Assembly (NCBI GenBank): GCA_964547475.1
Contig: CAZJNQ010000001.1
Coordinates: forward strand, 2,795 to 66,794
Origin: an uncultured Porphyromonadaceae bacterium
GTDB taxonomy: Bacteria > Bacteroidota > Bacteroidia > Bacteroidales > UBA12481
DNA length: 64,000 bases
Direction: 5' to 3'
The translations under genes and the position numbers were made by a program. Of the stretch, positions 48,204 through 57,583 are shown piece after piece. Each line of letters opens with the position of its first letter. Position 1 is the first letter of the stretch. The notes beneath the pieces were generated by a model. That model was not told the DNA's origin, ran no database searches, and was given only the letters and a program-made list of their open reading frames with translations.

Positions 48204-49466
48204 ATGATGGCAGTGACTAGATATTTAGCTCCAGCCCTGGCACTTCTTGTTCTCCCGTCCTTCAGTTTTTATGCTGGTGATCACAGGATCCTGTCCAGCG
48301 AAGGCCTGGAACCCCAGGTCAATCTGGTGCAAGGGGAAGAATTCATTTCCAGGGGACTAACCGGGAAAGGTATCACCATCGCAGTTATCGATGCCGGATT
48401 CAAAGGGACGGATACGCATCCGGGGCTGGCACACCTTTTCAGAAACGGACAAATAGCAGGGACATGGGATTTTATCAGGAACCAGGAAGACGTATTTGCC
48501 GGACATTCCCACGGCACTGCCGTATTATCGTGCATAGCAGGCATTCATGAAGGCAAACAGCTGGGATTGGCTCCGGATGCCCGGTTTCTGCTCGCCCGCA
48601 CCGAGAGGCGCAATGAACCCGCCAGGGAGGAGGCCGATTGGGCCAAAGCAGTTGACTGGGCTCTCAGGAATGGCGCCGATATCATCCAATCTTCAATCGG
48701 TTTTACTTATCACCGCTATTTCCCCGAAGAGATGAACGGCCGGTACAGCCTGGCTGCCAGGGCAGCTCTGAGGGCTGCCCGGGCCGGTGTGTTGCTGGTA
48801 AACTCGGCTGGCAATGAAGGACGTAATCGATGGAAAACCATGACCACTCCGGCGGATGCCGATTCCATCCTGAGTGTCGGAGCTATCAGTCCATTGACCG
48901 GACTGGCAGAGCGTTACAGTTCCCTTGGCCCGGCAGCGGATGGGCGCATCAAGCCCAATGTCTGTGCCTCAGGCCGGGTGATTGCATTTACTGCGGGAGG
49001 GAAAGCCAGAGCGATGGATGGCACCTCATTTGCCTCTCCCATGATCTCAGGCTTTGCTGCCTGCCTGATGCAGCTTCTGCCTGGAGCCACCGCGCAGGAA
49101 ATACTGGAACGGATTGAACGGTCGGGGCATCTTTACCCTTATTATGATTACAGCCATGGATATGGTGTTCCGCAAGCTTCGAGATTTTTTCATGCCACAG
49201 AGCGGGAAATCCCATGCCGCCTGGTGATCGATACGCTTAACCAGGCTTTTAAAATCGAAACGGGTAATCCGTGTGATCTGCCAGCCCGGAATTTATGGTC
49301 GCGATATCTTTATTATCACATCAGCGATTCATCAGGTTTACTGATAAAATATGGAGTTAAGGAGATGAATCCACTGATCCGGACTTCCATTGCGCGAGGT
49401 TCATGGAATAGAAGCAATATCCTGCAAGTTTTTTATAACGGAATGACGGCTCAATGGACAGAGTAA
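48204..49466 (+). CDS. S8 family (subtilisin-like) serine peptidase
   Basis: 420 aa with a signal peptide and the catalytic triad motifs AVIDAGF (D), HGTAVLS (H) and GTSFASP (S). Confidence 0.88.
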   Translation: MMAVTRYLAPALALLVLPSFSFYAGDHRILSSEGLEPQVNLVQGEEFISRGLTGKGITIAVIDAGFKGTDTHPGLAHLFRNGQIAGTWDFIRNQEDVFAGHSHGTAVLSCIAGIHEGKQLGLAPDARFLLARTERRNEPAREEADWAKAVDWALRNGADIIQSSIGFTYHRYFPEEMNGRYSLAARAALRAARAGVLLVNSAGNEGRNRWKTMTTPADADSILSVGAISPLTGLAERYSSLGPAADGRIKPNVCASGRVIAFTAGGKARAMDGTSFASPMISGFAACLMQLLPGATAQEILERIERSGHLYPYYDYSHGYGVPQASRFFHATEREIPCRLVIDTLNQAFKIETGNPCDLPARNLWSRYLYYHISDSSGLLIKYGVKEMNPLIRTSIARGSWNRSNILQVFYNGMTAQWTE

Positions 49467-50182
49467 GGCTATCGATCCGCATGTCAATAATAGCTCTGTA
49501 TGCGGCTTTCTTTTGTTCAGCCGGCCTGCAAGGGCAGGCCTTTGAACTAAAAGTCAAACCGTTGTCCGAAAAATCCTCCTTTGGTCCTAACCGCCTGCAT
49601 TTCACCCATTTCTTCCTGGGTACGGCATGGATCCCACCTGTTTCCCGGGCTGGCGATTCTCAAACAGGATTTTCATTGGGCTTCAGAGGAGGCTTGCGCT
49701 ATAAAATCAGGCTTTCGCGGTCGCTCGCCCTGGTTGCAGAAGCTGGCATCGCCGGCCAGAAGTTCAGGATGCAGCCGGGCTTTCCCCTGCTCCCGGGAGA
49801 CACCCTTTCATTCCGGAGGCAAAGCCTTTCGGTGACCGGATTCGAGGGAGCTTTCGGACTGAGGATCAGATTAGGCCAACGAGGAAACTATCTCGGTACC
49901 TACATCGATGCCGGGATATCTGCAACAACTCCCGTATCGTCCGTTCTGTCGACGACCATGCCGAGTCCTGAATCAGGCGGATCAGGCATCCGGTCAGATA
50001 TGAAAATCAAGAGGCGGGTTGATTGCATCCGGCCTTTTCTTTATGCCCCGTATGTCAGGCTGGGCTTTAACAAGCTGGCTGTTCAGGTTTCCTGGCGCCC
50101 GTCAGCCATGACAGATCAACCGGCAAATTACGATATGCCGGCTCTGCAGATCGGGATTGAGTTTTCCCCGGTCAGGTATTGA
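49454..50182 (+). CDS. Hypothetical outer-membrane beta-barrel protein
   Basis: 242 aa (an alternative ATG lies at 49481) with a signal peptide ending AGLQGQA. Alternating amphipathic strands and a C-terminal aromatic residue. No motif recognised. Confidence 0.45.
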   Translation: MDRVRLSIRMSIIALYAAFFCSAGLQGQAFELKVKPLSEKSSFGPNRLHFTHFFLGTAWIPPVSRAGDSQTGFSLGFRGGLRYKIRLSRSLALVAEAGIAGQKFRMQPGFPLLPGDTLSFRRQSLSVTGFEGAFGLRIRLGQRGNYLGTYIDAGISATTPVSSVLSTTMPSPESGGSGIRSDMKIKRRVDCIRPFLYAPYVRLGFNKLAVQVSWRPSAMTDQPANYDMPALQIGIEFSPVRY

Positions 50183-50906
50183 AGCGATCGCGTTCGTGAA
50201 TGAAATCTTCAATCAGCCCCGGATCCCGCTCGGCGGCGTTCCCAACCACGATGATGTCGGCACCCGCCTCATAAGCCGTCCTCGCCTGGTTTGCTGAACT
50301 GATCCCTCCACCGACAATCAGGGGGACTTTTACCCCCGAGGATACCGACCGGATCATGGGGACCGGCACAGGATCCGGCGCTCCGCTTCCTGCATCCATG
50401 AATATAAGACGGAGTCCAAGCATTTCGCCTGCCATTGCCGTTGCCAGTGCAAGGTCGGGCTTGTTATTGGGTATGGGTTGGGAATTGCTCATGTAGGCGA
50501 CAGAAGTTTGTGTACCTCCATTTACCAGTATATACCCGGTAGGCAGGATTTCTATACCCGATTCCCTGATAAAGGGAGCAGCAATCACATGCTGTCCGAT
50601 CAGGAACTCGGGATTTCTCCCGGATATCAAGGACAACAACAGGATGGCATCGGCCCGGGAACTGACCTGAAGAGGAGAACCGGGGAACAGGATGACCGGC
50701 ATCACGCAAAGCGGTTTGATCAGTTTTATCAGGGAATCAACATGGTTAAAAACCAGGCTTCCTCCCACAAACAGGTAATCAACGCCCAACTGGTTGGCAG
50801 TCTGAATCCGCTGGCTGAGCCGGGTGTGATCGCATTTATCGGGGTCGATCAGCCAGGCAAAGGCTTTCTTTTTTCCCTTAAGGGCGGAAATTTGATCGAT
50901 GATCAT
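50172..50906 (-). CDS. Geranylgeranylglyceryl/heptaprenylglyceryl phosphate synthase family protein
   Basis: 244 aa TIM-barrel-like protein of the PcrB/GGGPS family (FVGGS..., GGGI...A...AGAD..VVGN). Confidence 0.75.
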   Translation of the reverse strand: MIIDQISALKGKKKAFAWLIDPDKCDHTRLSQRIQTANQLGVDYLFVGGSLVFNHVDSLIKLIKPLCVMPVILFPGSPLQVSSRADAILLLSLISGRNPEFLIGQHVIAAPFIRESGIEILPTGYILVNGGTQTSVAYMSNSQPIPNNKPDLALATAMAGEMLGLRLIFMDAGSGAPDPVPVPMIRSVSSGVKVPLIVGGGISSANQARTAYEAGADIIVVGNAAERDPGLIEDFIHERDRFNT

Positions 50907-50909
50907 CTT

Positions 50910-51530
50910 TCAGTTCTTTGTTTTCCAGGTTAATGTTTCAATCAGCCGCTCAATGTCCTGTCGCAGGAAATCGTTTACCGGTGCAAGCGAATCCATGTTG
51001 GGTTCCCGATCAAAATAGAGCGCACCGCGCAGAAAATGGCGGATGCTGTCGGTCATGTAAAACTGAACCGACGAAGCCGTATTTCCCTTGATGTCGAACA
51101 GGACACCGTAGACCCGGTGTTCCGGGTTATAGTATTCCTTCTGGTTGATCGCATCGGCCTTGATGCTGTGTTTGTACGCAAAAGTATGGGAATCTTCGAT
51201 CAGCCTCTGCAGGTTATTCTGCACAGGCTTGTAGGTCAGATGAATACGGCTCCTGAACTGGGGAAACGCTACATTGATCCAGTATCTTGTAGTGTCGGTG
51301 TCCCTGTTCGTACCGCTGTAGGATTCCACTTTTGCGTAGACAGGAATATCAAAATCATAAGGATAATTACCCTGAAAGGGCTTGTACTCCTTGGCCGGCA
51401 GGTCAATCCGGAAATAAGCCCGGGGCTTTGCGGAATATTTCTCACGGCATCCGTTGAAGAGGCAAGTCAGTATCAGTCCTGCCAGGATCAGTTTAGTTTT
51501 CAGGCATTTCATCCGGTGGTCGGCCGACAA
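50910..51530 (-). CDS. gldD: Gliding motility lipoprotein GldD
   Basis: 206 aa with lipobox LFNGC. Its position directly downstream of gldE and ssb matches the gldD context I recall from Flavobacterium johnsoniae. Confidence 0.7.
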   Translation of the reverse strand: MSADHRMKCLKTKLILAGLILTCLFNGCREKYSAKPRAYFRIDLPAKEYKPFQGNYPYDFDIPVYAKVESYSGTNRDTDTTRYWINVAFPQFRSRIHLTYKPVQNNLQRLIEDSHTFAYKHSIKADAINQKEYYNPEHRVYGVLFDIKGNTASSVQFYMTDSIRHFLRGALYFDREPNMDSLAPVNDFLRQDIERLIETLTWKTKN

Positions 51531-52782
51531 GGACCTGGACTTCTTTTATCCGGCGGTCGTCACGGCTCTTCACAATAAAAGTAAGATGATTAATGGTAAT
51601 CTTATCACCCGGATCGGGAATTTCACCGCGTATTTCCAGGATCAGACCCGCCAGGGTATCGGCGCCGCCTTTAACTGCATCGAAGAAATCCTCCTCGAGG
51701 GACAGGGCCCGGATAAGGTCGTTAAGAAGTGTCTTGCCATCGAACAGGTAGGCATTCTCACCTACCTTCCGGAACAAGATATCCTCATCATCCGATTCGT
51801 CCCTGATCTCACCCACGATTTCTTCCAGTATATCCTCCAGGGTCACCAGTCCTGAAGTCCCGCCGAACTCATCCACGATCAGGGCCACGTGCATCTTGTT
51901 TTTCCGGAACTCTTCAAGCAGGTCGTTGATCCTCTTGCTCTCCGGTATGAAAAAAGGTGGCCTGATCAGTGATTGCCACCGGAAGCTATCGGGTTTACGG
52001 ACATGGGGCAGAAGGTCCTTCAGGTAAAGTATTCCCCGGATGTCATCCAGATCCTCGAAATAAACCGGAACCCTCGAGTAACCCAGTTCGACCATCTGAT
52101 TGAAAACCTGGCTGAATGAAGCGGTGATGTCAAGGGATACAATGTCCACCCTGGGTTTCATGATTTCCCTTACCTCAATGTTACCAAACCGGACAATGCC
52201 CTTCAGGATTTTTTCCTCCTCGATGAGATCTTCACCGGTCAGGTTCAGGGCATCGGACAATTCATTCATGGTCAAAGGATCCGGCTGGTTGCTGATGCGT
52301 CTCCTTACCAGTGTGGTTGATCCGATCAGGACACGGTTGACGGGGCGGAGCAGTCTCTCCAGGGAAGCCAATGGCATGGCCATCAGCTTGGCTACCCGAA
52401 GATTATGACGTGTGGAATAGACTTTTGGAAGCAATTCCGCCACCAGCAGGATCAGGAAGGTGATGACAACGACCTGCAGGATGAATGTCAGAACCGGGTG
52501 TTCATGAAAATTGAGAATCTCGCTGGTAAACCAGGTTGAGAGAATCACGATCCCGATATTCAGCAGATTGTTCGTAACCAGCAGGGTAGCCAGAAGATTT
52601 TCCGGTTTTCCGAGCAGATACAAGATCCTTTCGTATTTCTTTCCCTTTTTTTTTCTGATGGATTCAATATCAGAGGGACTGAGTGAAAAAAATGCAACTT
52701 CTGCCCCGGCGATCAGGGCAGAGGCTGCCAACAATACAAGGATGATGGCCAGGTCGATGATTATCGCCGGTGCGACTGACAT
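51493..52782 (-). CDS. gldE: Gliding motility-associated protein GldE (CNNM/DUF21 + CBS pair + CorC_HlyC)
   Basis: 429 aa with an N-terminal DUF21 membrane domain, two CBS repeats and a C-terminal transporter-associated domain. Overlaps the gldD start. Confidence 0.75.
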   Translation of the reverse strand: MSVAPAIIIDLAIILVLLAASALIAGAEVAFFSLSPSDIESIRKKKGKKYERILYLLGKPENLLATLLVTNNLLNIGIVILSTWFTSEILNFHEHPVLTFILQVVVITFLILLVAELLPKVYSTRHNLRVAKLMAMPLASLERLLRPVNRVLIGSTTLVRRRISNQPDPLTMNELSDALNLTGEDLIEEEKILKGIVRFGNIEVREIMKPRVDIVSLDITASFSQVFNQMVELGYSRVPVYFEDLDDIRGILYLKDLLPHVRKPDSFRWQSLIRPPFFIPESKRINDLLEEFRKNKMHVALIVDEFGGTSGLVTLEDILEEIVGEIRDESDDEDILFRKVGENAYLFDGKTLLNDLIRALSLEEDFFDAVKGGADTLAGLILEIRGEIPDPGDKITINHLTFIVKSRDDRRIKEVQVLVGRPPDEMPEN

Positions 52783-52794
52783 TAAACGGTTAAT

Positions 52795-53238
52795 CTAGAA
52801 GGGCAGGTCATCGCTTTCACCCGGCTGCAGGATGTCATCTGCCGGCTGCGGGGTGGTGCTTTCACCCGCTGCCCGGCCCGTCACGGCATCCCTGTGCGCT
52901 TCATTCTCCTCTTTCCTGCCCAACAGACGGATGTTGTCAGCCACAATCTCGGTAATGTAACGTTTGTTCCCGTCCTTGTCGTCGAACTGCCGGTTGGTTA
53001 TCTTGCCTTCTACATAGAGCTGCCTTCCCTTGCGGATATATTTCTCGGCCAGGTCAGCCAGCTGCCGCCAGGCAACAATGTTATGCCATTCCGTATTCGT
53101 TACCAGTTCGCCGCTTTTGTTCTTGTACGTTTCGGATGTTGCCATGGTAAAGCGGGCGACGGAAGTTCCTCCTTCCAGATGCCGGATTTCAGGATCCTTG
53201 CCTACATTTCCGACCAAAATCGCTTTATTTACAGACAT
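52795..53238 (-). CDS. ssb: Single-stranded DNA-binding protein
   Basis: 147 aa with the OB-fold N-terminus MSVNKAILVGNVGKDPE and an acidic C-terminal tip DDLPF. Confidence 0.95.
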   Translation of the reverse strand: MSVNKAILVGNVGKDPEIRHLEGGTSVARFTMATSETYKNKSGELVTNTEWHNIVAWRQLADLAEKYIRKGRQLYVEGKITNRQFDDKDGNKRYITEIVADNIRLLGRKEENEAHRDAVTGRAAGESTTPQPADDILQPGESDDLPF

Positions 53239-53410
53239 TTGAATAAAATTTATTTGATTAATAAAAATACGAACATTTCCCGATTCGCAAAATCCCGCCA
53301 GCAGGAGCTTCCTGCAGACGATTGTCTGACATATAGATGCGTTTCAACCGGAAGAATGGAAAAAAAGCAAAAAAAAAATAATGAGGGCTTATTAATTAAT
53401 GAAAAAGGAT

Positions 53411-53418
53411 TATATTTG
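53411..53418 (+). promoter_or_regulatory. Candidate -7 box TATATTTG upstream of hup
   Basis: Exact TAnnTTTG match. Lies 43 nt upstream of the hup ATG (53461), in an AT-rich divergent spacer. Confidence 0.5.
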
Positions 53419-53460
53419 CAGACCTAATGTAATTAGTTGATAATTAAAGTATTTATAGAG

Positions 53461-53754
53461 ATGACTAAAGCAGACATTGTAAACGAAATCAGCAAGAACA
53501 CCGGAATTGAAAAGGTGGCTGTTCAGAAGACGGTTGAAGCTTTCATGAGCACCGTGAAAACCTCGTTAGTGAATGGTAACAATGTATACCTGAGAGGTTT
53601 TGGAAGTTTTGTGGTTAAGAAAAGGGCTGAAAAAACCGCCCGGAACATTTCGAAAAACACCACCATTATAATCCCGCAGCATTTTATCCCGTCATTTAAG
53701 CCGGCTAAAACTTTTGTTGCCAAGGTTAAAGATCAGGTAAGGAAGAAAAAATAG
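53461..53754 (+). CDS. hup: HU family DNA-binding protein
   Basis: Starts at the ATG at 53461 (MTKADIVNEI...) and contains GFGSF..K.RAE...RN. The 53437 start in the ORF track is a non-ATG extension. Confidence 0.9.
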   Translation: MTKADIVNEISKNTGIEKVAVQKTVEAFMSTVKTSLVNGNNVYLRGFGSFVVKKRAEKTARNISKNTTIIIPQHFIPSFKPAKTFVAKVKDQVRKKK

Positions 53755-53780
53755 TTCGCTTCAAGTAAATTGACAGTAAC

Positions 53781-53873
53781 ATGCCAAGCGGAAAAAAACG
53801 CAAAAGACACAAGATGGCTACGCACAAGCGTAAAAAACGCCTGCGTAAGAATCGCCATAAAAAGAAGAAATAG
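53781..53873 (+). CDS. 30-aa highly basic peptide (bS22/THX-like small ribosomal-type protein)
   Basis: Hand-translated as MPSGKKRKRHKMATHKRKKRLRKNRHKKKK plus stop. Absent from the ORF track because it is under 60 aa. Followed by a strong terminator. Confidence 0.6.
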   Translation: MPSGKKRKRHKMATHKRKKRLRKNRHKKKK

Positions 53874-53896
53874 TCTTTCATTAATGGTGCTATGGG

Positions 53897-53940
53897 ATAA
53901 ACCTAAGGAGGCCTTCTCTTTAGGTTTATGCTGTTTTATT
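53897..53940 (+). terminator. Intrinsic terminator after hup and the basic peptide gene
   Basis: ATAAACCTAAGGAG / GCCTT loop / CTCTTTAGGTTTAT gives a 14-bp stem with one G-U. It is followed by GCTGTTTTATT. Confidence 0.7.
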
Positions 53941-53988
53941 GAGAAGTCAAAGCCCGCCGTGCTCTTTTCTCCAAAGACTTGATGAGCT

Positions 53989-55539
53989 GTGAGTAACGAA
54001 TTGATCATTGATGCCGGTACGAACGAGATTGCTATTGCACTGCTCGAGGAACAACGGCTGGTTGAGCTCAATAAGGAAAAATCCAATATCCAGTTTTCGG
54101 TCGGAGACATCTACCTGGGCAAGGTCAAGAAGATCATGCCCGGCCTGAATGCCGCTTTTGTGGATGTCGGGTACGAAAAAGATGCTTTCCTTCATTACCT
54201 CGACCTGGGACCCCAGTTCCAATCGCTGAACAAGTACCTGAACATGGCCCTCAACCGGAAGACCAAGGTTCCACCCCTTGACAAATTCCGATCCGAGCCG
54301 GATATCGACAAGCATGGGAAAATAACAAACCTGATGAAAACGGGTCAAACCGTGCTGATCCAGGTAACCAAGGAACCCATCGCATCCAAGGGGCCCCGCC
54401 TGACCAGTGAAATCTCACTGGCGGGAAGAAACCTGGTTCTTCTGCCTTTCTCCGACAAAGTCTCCGTTTCGACCAAGATTAAATCGGAAGAAGAACGTGA
54501 CCGCCTGAAACGGTTGATCCTGTCGATCAAGCCACGAAATTACGGCGTGATCGTCAGGACGGTCGCCAAGGAGCGCAAAGTAGCCTTACTGGATGCCGAG
54601 CTCAGAGGACTGGTTGAAAAATGGGAGGCGATCTTCAACGACATCAAATCGGTTCAGACGCCGAGCCTGGTGCTGGGTGAGCTTAACAGGACCTCCGCCA
54701 TCCTGCGGGATATCCTGAACTCAACTTTTAACAGCATCATAGTCAATGACCAGTCACTCTACCGGGAAATCAGGGAATTCATTGTCACGATTGCACCCGA
54801 AAAACAGAAAATCGTCAGGCTCTATACCGGCCGCGTCCCTATCTTCGAACATTTCGGCATTGACAAACAGATCAAGACCCTTTTCGGGAAAACCGTTTCC
54901 TTTAAAAGCGGGGCCTACCTGATCATCGAACATACCGAAGCCCTTCACGTGATAGATGTGAACAGCGGAAACCGTGCCCAATCCGCTGCCGACCAGGAGA
55001 CCAACGCTATGGAAGTCAACCTGGCCGCCGCTGACGAGATTGCCCGACAGCTCAGGCTTCGTGATATGGGAGGCATTATCGTGATCGACTTCATCGATAT
55101 GGTAAAAGCAGACCACCGGCAGAAGGTCTTTGAACGCATAAGGGAAAACATGAAATCCGACAGGGCCAAGCACCATATCCTGCCTCTCAGCAAATTCGGA
55201 CTTCTTCAGATCACCAGGCAGCGCGTCCGGCCGGAAATGGAAGTCCAGATCATGGAAACATGCCCTACCTGCAATGGCTCCGGCGAGATAACACCCACCA
55301 TCCTGATCATCGACCAGGTCCTTAATCATTTTCTCTTTATCCTGGAAAAATTTCCCAAATCCAAGGTGACACTCAGGGCTCATCCTTACCTCATCGCCTA
55401 CCTGAAACAAGGTGTCACCTCCATCCGGATGAAATGGTTCCTGAAGCAGAAAAAATGGCTCCGCCTGCAGGCCGACGGCAACCTCGGAATCATCAATTAC
55501 GAATTTATCGATTCAGCCGGTGAGAAAGTCATCCTCTAA
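53989..55539 (+). CDS. rng: Ribonuclease E/G family protein
   Basis: 516 aa with a GTG start, an S1 domain (GDIYLGKV..I.PG..AAFVD.G) and the catalytic region (HVIDVNSG, DFIDM). Confidence 0.9.
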   Translation: MSNELIIDAGTNEIAIALLEEQRLVELNKEKSNIQFSVGDIYLGKVKKIMPGLNAAFVDVGYEKDAFLHYLDLGPQFQSLNKYLNMALNRKTKVPPLDKFRSEPDIDKHGKITNLMKTGQTVLIQVTKEPIASKGPRLTSEISLAGRNLVLLPFSDKVSVSTKIKSEEERDRLKRLILSIKPRNYGVIVRTVAKERKVALLDAELRGLVEKWEAIFNDIKSVQTPSLVLGELNRTSAILRDILNSTFNSIIVNDQSLYREIREFIVTIAPEKQKIVRLYTGRVPIFEHFGIDKQIKTLFGKTVSFKSGAYLIIEHTEALHVIDVNSGNRAQSAADQETNAMEVNLAAADEIARQLRLRDMGGIIVIDFIDMVKADHRQKVFERIRENMKSDRAKHHILPLSKFGLLQITRQRVRPEMEVQIMETCPTCNGSGEITPTILIIDQVLNHFLFILEKFPKSKVTLRAHPYLIAYLKQGVTSIRMKWFLKQKKWLRLQADGNLGIINYEFIDSAGEKVIL

Positions 55540-55555
55540 CGTCAATCCCGCCCCC

Positions 55556-57583
55556 ATGAATCTCTCCCGAAAACTCAGGAAAATCCTCTTTCCGTTGCTG
55601 GTCGCCGCAGCATTGGCCACACCGGCCAAGGCGCAACTGGTTGACCCGGTTTCCTGGAACTACACTGCCAGTCAGGTCAGTGACTCGGTTTATGAACTGG
55701 TGTTCATTGCATCCATTGATCCGACCTGGCACATGTACAGCCAGGATGTTCCTGAAGGACCCGTGCCTGCCCGCTTTACCTTCAACGCATCCGAATTATG
55801 GGAGAGAATAGATACGGTCGCGGAGATCACCCCGGCCACCGAGGAATTTGACGAGATGTTCGGGGTCAAAGTCAAGTACTTTACCCTGGAGGCCCGGTTT
55901 TCACAAAGAATCAGGGTCCTGAAACCCGGATCCTTAACTGTTACCGGCACGGTTGAATATCAGGTTTGTGATGACAAGGTTTGTACCTTGGGGGAAGATG
56001 ACTTTTCTTTTTCCCTGGGTCCGGAACCAGCGGCAGGAAGCCGGTCTGATGCTTCAGCGACCATAAAATCCGAAAAGCCTGACGAACCGGGTTCCTCCTC
56101 CAAATCCCTCTGGGCACTTTTTTGGATAGCTTTCGGCAGCGGATTGATCGCCCTGCTTACTCCCTGTGTTTTCCCGATGATCCCGATGACAGTATCCTTT
56201 TTCATGCATGGCAAGGATCCGCGCAGAAAATCGATCGGGAAAGCCCTCTTTTTCGGAGTATCCATCGTCGCCATTTTCACGGTGATAGGTACAATTGTTG
56301 CCCTCATCTTCGGTCCGGGAATAGCCAATTTCCTAAGTACCCACTGGATTCCCAATGTGCTTTTCTTCCTGGTATTCATGTTTTTTGCCGCCTGGTTCTT
56401 CGGCATGTTCGAGATAAACCTTCCCAACTGGATGATCACCCGGTCAGACCAGCAGGTCGACAAAGGGGGATGGGGCGGACCTTTTTTCATGGCCTTCACC
56501 ACGGTTCTCGTCTCCTTTTCCTGTACCGGTCCGATTGTGGGTACAGTGCTGGTCCAATCAGCCGGCGGGCAGGTGCTTCAGCCCATCATCAGCATGCTGG
56601 GTTTCGGCCTGGCCTTTGCCCTCCCTTTCACCCTGTTCGCCGTATTTCCCACCTGGCTGAATTCCATGCCCAAATCAGGAGGATGGCTGAACTCGGTCAA
56701 GGTAGTACTGGGCTTCATCGAACTGGCCCTGGGACTGAAGTTTCTTAGCATCGCAGACCAGACCTATCACTGGGGCATCCTCGACCGCGAAATATACCTG
56801 GCTTTCTGGATCGTCATCTTTACCCTGATGGGCTTCTACCTCCTGGGGAAAATCAGGTTTAAGCATGACAGTGAAGTTACCCATATCGGTGTTCCCAGGC
56901 TCCTGCTGGCCATCGTGACCTTTACCTTCGTCATTTACCTGATACCGGGCATGATCGGGGCACCGTTAAAAGCCCTCGCAGGTTACCTTCCGCCGGAAAC
57001 TACTCATGACTTTGACATCCGGGAAGTCATCCGGGAAAATGCCGCTTCCTATCCTTCGTCCGCCAAGCCATTGGAGAGTGTTTGTGAGAAGCCTAAATAT
57101 GCCGACCGGCTGAAATTGCCCCATGGGCTGACAGGCTATTTCGATTATGACCAGGCGCTTGCCTGTGCCAGAGCCCAGAACAAACCGGTTTTCGTGGATT
57201 TCACCGGTCATGGTTGTGTCAACTGCAGGGAGATGGAAGCACGGGTATGGTCCGATCCCAGGGTGATCAAGCGGCTTCGTGAGAACTTTGTACTGGTTGC
57301 CTTGTATGTTGATGACAAGGTTATCAAGCTTCCTGAAAACGAATGGGTTACATCGATATTTGACGGAAAGGTCAAGAAAACGCTCGGGAAAAAGAACCAG
57401 GATTTCCAGATTACCCGTTTCGGGCAGAACACCCAGCCCCAATACACTTTGCTGGACACCAACGGCGAACTCCTGATCCCAACCCGGTCCTACAATTTGG
57501 ATATTGACGCTTTCATCGAATTCCTGGACCAGGGATTGGCTGAATACTCCAGCCGGTCTGCTCAAATCCCCTTCAAATTCTAA
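55556..57583 (+). CDS. dsbD: Thiol:disulfide interchange protein DsbD-like
   Basis: The ATG at 55556 gives a signal peptide (MNLSRKLRKILFPLLVAAALA). Central CcdA-type membrane domain and a C-terminal thioredoxin fold with CVNC. Confidence 0.8.
   Translation: MNLSRKLRKILFPLLVAAALATPAKAQLVDPVSWNYTASQVSDSVYELVFIASIDPTWHMYSQDVPEGPVPARFTFNASELWERIDTVAEITPATEEFDEMFGVKVKYFTLEARFSQRIRVLKPGSLTVTGTVEYQVCDDKVCTLGEDDFSFSLGPEPAAGSRSDASATIKSEKPDEPGSSSKSLWALFWIAFGSGLIALLTPCVFPMIPMTVSFFMHGKDPRRKSIGKALFFGVSIVAIFTVIGTIVALIFGPGIANFLSTHWIPNVLFFLVFMFFAAWFFGMFEINLPNWMITRSDQQVDKGGWGGPFFMAFTTVLVSFSCTGPIVGTVLVQSAGGQVLQPIISMLGFGLAFALPFTLFAVFPTWLNSMPKSGGWLNSVKVVLGFIELALGLKFLSIADQTYHWGILDREIYLAFWIVIFTLMGFYLLGKIRFKHDSEVTHIGVPRLLLAIVTFTFVIYLIPGMIGAPLKALAGYLPPETTHDFDIREVIRENAASYPSSAKPLESVCEKPKYADRLKLPHGLTGYFDYDQALACARAQNKPVFVDFTGHGCVNCREMEARVWSDPRVIKRLRENFVLVALYVDDKVIKLPENEWVTSIFDGKVKKTLGKKNQDFQITRFGQNTQPQYTLLDTNGELLIPTRSYNLDIDAFIEFLDQGLAEYSSRSAQIPFKF

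Noticed and set aside
53301-53315. Small hairpin GCAGGA-GCT-TCCTGC in the ssb-hup divergent spacer as an operator or sRNA
   Set aside because: It has only 6 bp with a 3-nt loop and no flanking conservation I can assess, which is too weak to call.
53770-53982. 70-aa ORF from the track overlapping the small basic peptide gene
   Set aside because: It reads through the 14-bp-stem terminator at 53897-53940 and has no recognisable features. The 30-codon basic ORF in another frame stops before the terminator and fits a known peptide type.
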